Shown: positions 53,524 to 64,000 of the stretch, one piece after another | How the letters are laid out: each line of letters begins with the position of its first letter | Numbering within the stretch: position 1 is the first letter of the stretch | DNA from: Eledone cirrhosa | Taxonomy: Eukaryota | Length of the DNA: 64,000 nt | Assembly: GCA_964016885.1 (NCBI GenBank) | Contig: OZ024740.1 | Span: forward strand, 173,228,001 to 173,292,000 | Reading direction: 5' to 3' | Position numbers and translations under genes: made by a program | Notes under the pieces: model-generated | What the model saw: only the letters and a program-made list of their open reading frames with translations | Told to the model about the DNA's origin: nothing | Databases searched by the model: none

Positions 53524-56500
53524 CTACAGCCGCATGACCAGAGTAGGCCCACTCACACGGGCCATTCTCGCCACATTCACCCACCTTTTAGAAAATGTAC
53601 TGAGGGGAAGCACTTCTCTCTCCACCCTCACCTTCCTTTCCAAGTGAAACTTGAAAAAGTTGATGAGGGATTGGCTGAAGAGAAAAGTGTCTGTCTTCAG
53701 TCCTTTCAACCTGGTCCACCATACAACCTCTTTCGTTACTGCCACCAGACAGAGGAAAATTGCCTGCCCTTCCTGGCCAAAGGAAGGCGGCGGGTCGATC
53801 TTCATTATGGACTCGGCCGATAGCCGGATCCGTTCTACACGCGACAACAGCTGTTCAACATAACTCCACAAGTCAGTAATGCACGGACACTGGACGAGTG
53901 CGTGCAGAACGGTTTCGTCGCTCTGCGCGCATCTCGGGCAGGTCCGTCTGACAGCACTTCCGTGCCTGTAGAGTTTATCTCGAACCGGCAGTGCCCCCCG
54001 GTAGCACTGCCAAGCGAGGGATTTTTGGAAATTATCCATCGTCCCCGGCTCGAAAGTCCTCCGGTATAGACTGGTTAGTTCGACTTCGTTGACTCCCAGA
54101 GCCTCTCCGAGTGCGTCGTCGCACTTGCCCACCACTAATCCTCTATAGAACTCGAGAGTGGAAGTTCCACTGACCGCATTGCCCGCCTGGTAGAGGGCAG
54201 TGAGTGCCTGGCAACATTCCAGATGCCAGTCACCCAATCTCGGTCTCTTCTTGACCCAGGACTACAACTCAGTCAAAGAAACGAGCTGCGGAAAGGCCCG
54301 TCTGACAAACGGCGACCACACCTGTTCACCGTTTAGGCATAATATCTGGAGATGCCGCAGCCTCAGCGCGTGCCTGCGCATCATTAGCCACGGCTATCCC
54401 AGCCCTCCACGTAGAGGGTGCTGGCAGCAGATGGATCGCCTCACCAGCGGAACCTGACCCCTCCACAAGAATTTGAAGAGAAGCCGCTCCAAGATGGCGA
54501 GGCGCGAACGGGGGCAAGGGACGACAGTCAGACGGTAGTAGATGACGGACGCGATGTACGCGTTCGCCACCTCCGCCCGACCTTTCAGTGATAGCTTCAT
54601 CCCAGCCCATTTCTGGGTGAGACTGACTACTCTGCCCGTCACCTCGTCCCAATTCTTATCCACCTGGAGGTCTGGCCCGAACCAAACCCCTAGCAACTTT
54701 ACCGGTCCGTCCGTCCAGCGCCTAACGACGCTGTTGGACGGCATGGACTTGCCTCTCCAGGTGCCGAGTTGCAAGCCCACTAACTTTTCCGGGTTAAGTT
54801 TTGCTCCCGTCAACCTTTCATATTCCTCCAATAAGTTGCCGACCACCTGATTTCTGAGGTGTCCGACATCAACAGGGTGATGTCGTCCGCATAAGCCGAC
54901 ACAGCCTTTCCGCGTCCCGGTTCGAGCGGGATGCCCTGCAATAGCTCCAGCTTCCGCAGTAAAGGCTCGAGAGTCAATACGTACAGAAGGGAGGAGAGAG
55001 GGCACCCTTGACGGACCGATCGGGAGACCTGAAACGGTTCCGAGAGGTGGCCATTAATTTTGACCATCGAGCAGGTGCCGCTGTTAATTGCAGCGATCCA
55101 GCTTCTGAAGACGGGGTCGAAGCCAGCCGCCTTGAGGACAGCCTCCAGGTACCGATGGTCGACCCTATCGAATGTTTTCGATTGATCTAAATTGATCAGA
55201 GCCCCACCGAAGCCAGGTTTACACCCTACCCTCTCTATGATGTATCGCATTAGGTGGAGGTTGTCGTGTATGGACCTGGTTTGGATTGCGCAAGTTTTCG
55301 CCTCCCCAACCAAATCCCTGACGACAAGCGCCAACTTCTTCGCTAACACCCTGGCCAAAATCTTAAACTCTGTGTTGAGCAGAGTTATGGGCCTGAAACT
55401 GTCGTATGTGTCCCTCTTGTTCTCGTCTTTCCTTATCAGCGTCACTACGCCCCGGCTCACAGAACTGGGAATACTCCCGTTTTGCTGCCAGTTGCAGTAG
55501 AGCGCTTCGAGGAGATTGGAGAACAAGTCTGGCATATTTACGTAAAGCTCGTAGGGCAGATCATCCAAACCGGGTGACTTGCGCCTCATGCAGCCTACAA
55601 GGGCATCCTGAATCTCGGCTGAAGTAATTGGCCTTTCGCAGCGCCCAACGTCAGCCGTCGAGAATTGCGGCAAACCATAGAGGTAGGGAGTGAAGTCCGC
55701 CACCATCTCTGACCCGCCACTTCCCCCGAACAACCGAGCAAAATGTTGGCGAAAGGCCTCACACATCCTCTTGGAATCGCTCAGCTCGAGCCCGTCTCGG
55801 TCCGTCAAAGACCGAATCATGGTTTTATTACCACGCTGCGCCTCTGCCACGCGGGCCCATCGAACAGCTTTGGTTCCCTCGTTTCTCAGAGCACGCGCCT
55901 TAGCTCTGACAATGCAACCTTCGTGTTTCGCATTGAAGAAATGGTCTAATGCCATTCTCGCCGCTAGCACACCAGTTGCAATGCCACTACCAATAGCCTC
56001 GTCTAACTTATCTACCAACTCGCCCTCCTTTCTAGTTTTCTCTAATGCTACTTCTTTGCTAAACTCTATCGACATTACTCTAATCTCTCTTTTGAGAGCC
56101 CCCCACCATCGATTGTTGACGACTCCCCCTGTCAACTTTTTCTTAACTAAATTGTTGACCTGGTCCCTGTAAGCCTTACGTGCCGGAAATGACATGTTTA
56201 GCTTCCAGTAACCAGGTCCTAACCTACGCGTCTTATCTAGGTCGACCATACAGATCACAAACTTGTGATCTGAATAGGCGACCGTTTCAAAACGTGGACA
56301 GCTTACACTATTTCTGTCTATTTTCCTAATGAATATCCTGTCTATATACGATCTAGATGACCCTATGCGGTTAGCCCAGGTCCACTCTGGCGCATTAGGG
56401 AAATCTAGTCGGTACCTGTCAGACAGTTGGAACTGGCTGATCAGGTTCTTGAGGCTTTGCACCCCCCGCTCCTATCGGATACTCCCACACAGTCCCAGCG

Positions 56501-56944
56501 TGCGTCTAAGATGCCGTTCCAGTCCCCCGCTAACAGTAAAGGGCGAGACGTACCCAGAAAGGCTTCCAGGCGTCTAAAGAAGTCCGGCCGCCCTGCCCCA
56601 GTAGGAGCATAGACGGCCACCAGTCTAAAGGCACCACCTTCATTATTGTTCACGTCCAGGACCACCAACTTCCCGTCCGGGTCTCGGAAGATCGACCTTA
56701 CCTCGAGATCCAGGCCTTTCCTAAACAGCACTGCCACCCCGCCTCCCATTCCCGGCTGGCTAACAGATGCAAAGATCTGATAGTCGTCGAAAATGGGGGC
56801 TAGTGCGCGCGTATCGGAAATCCTGGTCTCGCTGACTGCAATTACATCCATTTCTATCGACCTGAGGTCGTTGAGCAGGTGACCCTGCTTCCAGGACGAT
56901 CCCAGGCCTCGAACATTTAAACATCCTACTCTTAATACGGCCAT
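53524..56944 (-). pseudogene. Tx1 ORF2: AP endonuclease, RT, Zn finger (frameshifted)
   Basis: LNVRGL, VSET, AGDWN, SYIDR, SDHK; VRQGCPLS, AYADD; CPRC..ETVLHALVQC. Confidence 0.92.
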
Positions 56945-56975
56945 GTTGGCAGGTTAAACAGAGAGAGAGGAAGGT

Positions 56976-58983
56976 TTACTTACCTTCCGGGCTCTTGTGA
57001 AGGTCGGGTTGTTCGACCTCCATAGTTAGTGGGGTTTCTTTTGGGAACCCCTTTAAAAGTCTTGAAGTGGGTTTTACGTTCGGGGTTCTCACGTCCCGAG
57101 GAAAGCTGTCTCGTATTTCTTTGAATATGTCGAGCGACATTCGCACCAGAACCAAATCTTCCGGCACGCGAAATGTGCTCGATTTAAACATTTCCCCCTC
57201 TTTTTGTATATTTTCACTTCGTGCTACGAGAGCCATCAGTTCCTTGTTGGCCCTCCTGACGAGCATGAAGTTTTATCTGTTTTGTTGGTGCGATTTTATT
57301 TGTTTGCGTGGCTGTGGTGGTGATGGTTTTGGTGGTGTTGTTTCGGTTGTATCTGTGTTTGTTGTGAGTGCGATGTTTGTGGTTTCAGATGTTTGTGTGT
57401 ATATTTGTTCTTGCGTCTGTTTCGGTTGTTTGCGTTTGGGAGATTCTGGTGATGGTGATGGTGGTGTTGATGTTGGTGTTATTGGAGCGATGTTTGCGTG
57501 GGTGGTGTCTGCGTTTTTTATTGTGGGTGCTTTTGTGCTTTGTTGAGTTTTTTTTTTCTTTTTGTGTTTCCTTTTTTGTATTTTGGGGGATTTGGGATTT
57601 CCCTCATCTTCACTACTGGTAGATGAGGGGTCTGTGTCTGTAAGTGTGTTTGTATGTATGTTTAAAGTTTTATTGGTGTGTGTATTTTGGGGGGGAAGGG
57701 GAATTTGACAGCTTTCCTCGTTTCCCCCCTGGGTGGTCAATGTTGGTGGTGTTTTTTCTATTGGTGTTGTTGGTGGTTTTGCCGGTGCGGGTGTTGGTTG
57801 TGGTCCTCGCCCCGGCGTCGGCAGCAGTGGAGCCTTTCGACCCCTTGCCTCTTTCAAGTTGAGGGCAGAAGGTTCGCAAATGGGTTTTTTCCCCACAAAC
57901 AAAACACTGCGGCCTTTTGCCTTCGGTCATAATGTGAATGACAGTCCCATTCTGAAGGCGGATATGGTCTGGGATTGTCTTCACATTCTCGGGCCTGATC
58001 TGGAGAAGGATCTCCAGGTCAACCCCGGACCAGTCCTCTCTGGCCGTTCTGGTCTCTTCTATAGGGACTGTATCCGTCCCCTCCACAATCACACATCCCA
58101 GAAGCCACCACATGTCAAGTCCTGGTGGGATTCTGGGAATGCAGAGACGGGCCGTTCTTTTTCCCATGTGGGAGGGGTACATTATGACCTTGCTGGTTTT
58201 GCAAGGAGTCATGGCGTGTTTCATCGCGAGGGCTTCTGACTTGAACAACACCGAAATGGTGCCGTACTGTCTGCCCCTCTTTATGTACTGGGTGTCTTCT
58301 CTGATGCACCTCAGTGCGACTTCGATATCTTCTTGTGGGATTAACGCTGCCCTTTTGGTTTGTGCTGAGATGCATCTATAATGCACCGTTTTGCGCTCCA
58401 CTGCCTCAATAGCTTCTACCGGGACAGTTAAGTTGGCTCAGGTTTGCTCTTGCTTGATGAGCTTCCATGCCTGGGCCAACTTTTCATCTTTGTTTGAGAG
58501 GTCCATGTTGAAGCATGGCCTCTTTTTTGCTGCTGCCGCAGCGAAAGTGATCTTGTTTTCGTTGGGGGTGTTGTTGACGTTGTTCTTGTTGGTTTTGTTG
58601 TTAGCACTGTCGCTTTTATCATTGTTGTCTTTGTTGCCACCGTTGTTCTCGGTGCAGTTGGTATTGTTGCTGTTGGTGTTGTCGCTATTTGTTTTCATGT
58701 TAGTGGTGTTGATATTGTTGTTGTATTTGTTATTTTTTTTTTTGTTATCTGTATTTTCGTTGTCGCTGTTCCTGTCATTTTTTTCAAAATTAGAGTTCTT
58801 ATTGGTATCATTGGTGTCTTTGTTTACCTTGTTTGTGGTGGTGTTTGTGTTATCAATGTGTGTTAATTTCGCTGTAGCGCTCCTCTCAACTTCTACGTCG
58901 TTGTCGCACGACAGCCGACATATCGCTGGGGGGAGGAGGGCGTTGCTCAGCCGTGTTTTTTTCTTCGTAAATTTTTTTAACAT
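56976..58983 (-). pseudogene. Tx1 ORF1 (Asn-rich N-terminus, CCHC knuckle), frameshifted
   Basis: CFVCGEKTHLRTFC; homology to the ORF1 at 22-24 kb. Confidence 0.85.
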
Positions 58984-59209
58984 GTAAAAAAAATTTCAAA
59001 TATTTGGGCCAAAAGGCCCAAATATTATACTTTCCCCTTCACGGGGCAAAGTCTAAGGGCTTATATCCCTTACACAACAAGAAATATTTAACAAATAATT
59101 TAAACAGGCAAATAAAGCGACTTACTGTGAGCGAGCAAAATACGTCCGCTTAGACCAATAATAATAATAATAATAATATCGCCTTCATTTATTGGCCACA
59201 ATAATAATG

Positions 59210-59378
59210 GTTCTTATATAGGCACAAGGCCAGCAATTTGGGGGGCGGGCAAGTCGATTAAATCGATCCCAGTGCGTGACTGGTACTTTATTTTATCAAC
59301 CCCGTAAGGATGAACGGTAAAGTTAACCTCGGCGGGATTTGAACTAGACCGTAAAGGGCCGTAACTCTATGCTGCAAA
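59210..59378 (-). mobile_element. SINE
   Basis: Matches 33090-33305. Confidence 0.9.
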
Positions 59379-59778
59379 TCAGCAAAAGCTGATGGTGTGT
59401 CGTAACACTTTTAGCACCTTATCCAGTCAGCTGTAGATTGAAAAAAGGTAAAACAATTCCTCCCACTTAACATGTCTTTCTGTTTTTGCACTTGATGCTC
59501 TGCTTATTGAATTATATAACTAGCTAAGATTCCAAACATATATCAGGCAGAACCAGCGTGACACCGTGTCCTGGTACAAAGCAGGTCTATTGAATAACAC
59601 CCGACAGGCTTCCTACACAGTTAACATTCTACCATTCTACCCAGCTTCATTCACATGGCTTAGATTGACCCAAGGTTTCAGTAGAAGGCGCTTACTGAAG
59701 ATATTCCGTTGTGAAATTGAAACCGAAGACTCATGATTCAGGAGCGAATATTTTATCAATTCTACCTTAAGCCTGTAT

Positions 59779-59860
<82 letters not shown>

Positions 59861-60081
59861 ACACACACAAACGTACACCCCCCCCCCCACACACACACAC
59901 ACACATACACACATACACATAACTTCAATGACCTGAAATTTAACAAACGTCAGTCAATTCACAACATAAATATGACATTTTACAAGAAGTCAGTTTGCTG
60001 TCATCTCAGAGTTTTAATTTCATTACTATTAATAGCGTGTTGAACTCCCCACATCCGCCAACTACACAAGAGGAGTCAGGG

Positions 60082-60163
<82 letters not shown>

Positions 60164-60440
60164 TGTATGTGTGTGTGCGTGAGTGCGTGAGAAAGCGTGT
60201 GAATGGGGGAAGAGAGACAGACAGAGTGAAAAAGAAGGAGAAATAAGATTAGTTAAAAGAAAAGACATGTAAGACAAGACCCGAAAGAAAATATTTTATA
60301 GAAACAAATTAAGTACATAATAAGAATCATTGTAGGGCGGAATTTTATGGAAAATTTTAAAATCCATCAGTCTTCATTTTATACATATACACAAGAATAG
60401 ACAAGACTAACGCACACATACACACATACGCAAACACGCA

Positions 60441-60528
<88 letters not shown>

Positions 60529-61216
60529 TATATATATTTATATATATATTTAATATAGAAATGGCTTCTACAGGACTAGAACTATTTCGGGAGAAATCAT
60601 CATGTATTGAGTGCCTTGCTTGCTGTGGTTGCCCCCGATAGAACCCGGGATAAACTTATATATATAGAAGTGGTTACACAACAGTTAGTTCACCATATTC
60701 CCAATTAGCATAATCAACCACATGTTGGGTAAATATTCTATAGCGGTTGATCGCGATTAGATGGCTGTCGTTTATTTATCCACTATTTCTTCATAGGTGC
60801 CTTTTAATCTTATTGCCTGGTTTAATTGGTTTTTTATGTGGTTGATTATGCTAATTGGGAGAGGAAATGGTGTATATATATTATCAAATGATTCTATGGA
60901 CATACTTTATAGTATATTGCTCTGATTATTTAACTTATTAATTCATCATTGAACCACATCGTGAATGATTACCAAAACATATATCTGTGACTCTGTCTAG
61001 TTTGTGTATATGTAAATCTTTATATTTGATAATCTCCCATAAGGTTGAGATGCAATTTTGGCAACATTGGGCTGCGCTTTCTAGCAACCAGCCTACTCGC
61101 CGTAGACACCAATCACATTCTTTCTGACTTGACCACTGCCATGTCACGGTTCTTAGCCATTTTGAATTCGTTTCTGGCGGGGATCATTTAGGAAAATTCT
61201 TTGTCCAAGTGAGTTT

Positions 61217-61297
61217 GTTTCCTGACGAATTCGAAGCTCGAGAATTTATCCTTGATAGGATATTTCCGAAAGCGAATGAAACCCTAAGGGTAGAAAC
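61217..61297 (+). ncRNA. Type I hammerhead ribozyme (family C)
   Basis: gtttc CTGACGA attcg...cgaat GAAA ccctaaggg TA gaaac. Confidence 0.9.
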
Positions 61298-61895
61298 CTA
61301 ATTCTGGTATGTGTATATGCATTTTTTCTTCTAACTTTAATTTTATACCTAATTGTGTATGGTTGACGGTATATTTAATCGATTTCCACGTGCTATTGAA
61401 ATGTTGGGTAAATATTCTATAGCGGTTGACCGCGAATAGATGGCTGTCGTTTATTTATCCACTATTTCTTCATAGGTGCCTTTTAATCTTATAGCCTGGT
61501 TTAATTGGTTTTTTATGTGGTTGATTATGCTAATTGGGAGAGGAAATGGTGTATATATATTATCAAATGATTCTATGGACATACTTTATAGTATATTGCT
61601 CTGATTATTTAACTTATTAATTCATCATTGAACCACATCGTGAATGATTGCCAAAACATATATCTGTGACTTTGTCAAGTTTGTGTATATGTAAATCTTT
61701 ATATTTGATAATCTCCCATAAGGTTGAGATGCAATTTTGGCAACATTGGGCTGCGCTTTCTAGCAACCAGCCTACTCGCCGTAGGCACCAATCACATTCT
61801 TTCTGACTTGACCACTGCCATGTCACGGTTCTTAGCCATTTTGAATTCGTTTCTGGCGGGGATCATTTAGGAAAATTCTTTGTCCAAGTGAGTTT

Positions 61896-61976
61896 GTTTC
61901 CTGACGAATTCGAAGCTCGAGAATTTATCCTTGATAGGATATTTCCGAAAGCGAATGAAACCCTAAGGGTAGAAAC
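61896..61976 (+). ncRNA. Type I hammerhead ribozyme (family C)
   Basis: Same motif as 61217, 679 bp downstream. Confidence 0.9.
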
Positions 61977-62269
61977 CTAATTCTGGTATGTGTATATGCA
62001 TTTTTTCTTCTAACTTTAATTTTATACCTAATTGTGTATGGTTGACGGTATATTTAATCGATTTCCACGTGCTATTGAAATGTTGGGTAAATATTCTATA
62101 GCGGTTGACCGCGAATAGATGGCTGTCGATTATTTATCCACTATTTCTTCATAGGTGCCTTTTAATCTTATAGCCTGGTTTAATTGTTTTTTTGTGTGGT
62201 TGATTATGCTATTTGGGAGAGGAAATGGTGTATATATATTATCAAATGATTCTATGGACATACTTTATA

Positions 62270-62308
<39 letters not shown>

Positions 62309-62327
62309 ATCTGTAAATATATATATA

Positions 62328-62474
62328 TAGAAGTGGTTACACAACAGTTAGTTCACCATACCGAGAATAATTGTTCTTTGTATGGTGAACTAACTGTTGT
62401 GTAACCACTTCTACCTAACTCTTCCCATGGACTGAGTACTCTACCACTACGTATATTACCTTCCAGTGTTCTAC

Positions 62475-62478
<4 letters not shown>
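62328..62478 (+). repeat. Family B element, palindromic form (palindrome 62328-62413)
   Basis: 43 bp arms centred on aataattgtt, plus tail. Confidence 0.88.
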
Positions 62479-62534
<56 letters not shown>

Positions 62535-62551
62535 TAGACACACACACACGC

Positions 62552-62727
<176 letters not shown>

Positions 62728-63216
62728 ACTTGCATCCAATGATGTAGACCAGTTCTTTTTTTGGGGTAAAAGCATTTACATATATATACACTTATATATA
62801 CAGGATGTTGGCTGCAACTCGATTTCGTGTAATGCCATCGCTTGATAGCATGAGCATAAGCATCACGGACGTGACTTTTAATCCTGCTAGAGACTTGCCT
62901 ATGGCCAGCAATACCATGCCTCGCCAAAACATGTCCCATATCAAGCGATACCTGCACTTGAAGCTTTTTTAAGTGATGAAAGGCTTTGCGCGGAGCCAGT
63001 CCTATTCTCTAAACATCGTATGCATTTACCCCAAAAGATGAACTGGTCTACATCATTGGATGCAAAAGATGCTGCAGGTTTTATATCAGATTGACCTCCT
63101 TCTAGAGAGATGTCTTACTGAAGACATCCTTCGTTTTTGCCTCTTCCCTTGGTTGAATACACATGATCCCCCCCCCCCCCCTTTGATCGTTCTCCTAATT
63201 TCACCAAGTTGCTAAG

Positions 63217-63262
63217 GATATATTTTACTGAAGAGATCTTGTAAAATCGAAACATGTCTATC
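63217..63262 (+). ncRNA. Minimal hammerhead core, stem I weak or bulged
   Basis: CTGAAGA gatcttgtaaaatc GAAA catg TC. Confidence 0.6.
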
Positions 63263-63493
63263 GCGTTTACCAAGTTAGCATGAAGTCAAGTTCATCTCCC
63301 ACTGCATTATATAAAAATGTTTCAAAGGTTTTTGATCAGCGCCGTATAAAGGAGTTCGTTCTCCTACTTACTTGTCACGATCAAAACATCCTTCCTAAGT
63401 GTGATTCGGTCTTGAAATTGAGAGGATATTCGTGGTTGTTCGATATTTTTCACACTCGTCCCTCTCACTTAGACACACACACACACACATATG

Positions 63494-63797
<304 letters not shown>

Positions 63798-64000
63798 ATA
63801 TATATATATATATATATATATGAATGTATTAGTGGGTAGTAGGTCAAATTTTTTCTGTTTTGCAGCTAGTTTTGCAGTCTAGTTTACCCACAGGGTTTAT
63901 TTGAACAGTGAAGAGAAATGTGTGTTTATTAAACGTACGCCTGTGAATTTGTTTAAAGCATATAGACAAACACAACATATGATATGTGTGTGTGTATGAA

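Larger units (their letters stand above)
53263..59156 (-). mobile_element. Near full-length Tx1-type LINE (~5.9 kb) flanked by (AAT)n on both sides
   Basis: AAT runs at 53227-53262 and 59157-59177; ORF1 and ORF2 pieces. Confidence 0.92.
60722..62272 (+). mobile_element. Family C retrozyme-like tandem array, ~2.3 copies of a 679 bp unit
   Basis: atgttgggtaaatattctatagcgg at 60722, 61401 and 62080; units nearly identical; one HHR per full unit. Confidence 0.9.

Noticed and set aside
55008-58987. Numerous plus-strand ORFs over the Tx1 elements
   Set aside because: Antisense shadows of LINE ORF1 and ORF2
60938-61826. Duplicated 69 aa ORF on the minus strand
   Set aside because: Antisense by-product of the 679 bp tandem unit; no equivalent ORF is listed for the diverged family C copies

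Overview
AT-rich, microsatellite-dense eukaryotic (animal) DNA made almost entirely of repeats. I find no credible host protein-coding gene. The SINEs resemble octopod cephalopod SINEs, but the taxon is an inference. Autonomous-type elements, all disrupted: two near full-length Tx1-type (L1 group) LINEs plus several fragments, one R4/Dong-like LINE with a restriction-like endonuclease and a second fragment of that type, three Penelope-like element (PLE) fragments, a Chapaev-like DNA transposon and a mariner fragment. About a dozen tRNA-type SINEs are also present. The most striking feature is a non-coding system visible only at RNA-structure level. About 20 type I hammerhead ribozyme (HHR) motifs (CUGANGA...GAAA...UH, mostly with a palindromic stem III) lie in many unrelated short elements wedged between (TA)n tracts. 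One 656-679 bp family forms retrozyme-like, terminally redundant or tandem copies with compensatory stem changes. Two families of near-perfect palindromes appear to be fold-back derivatives centred on HHR stems. Coordinates were read by eye and may be off by a few bases.
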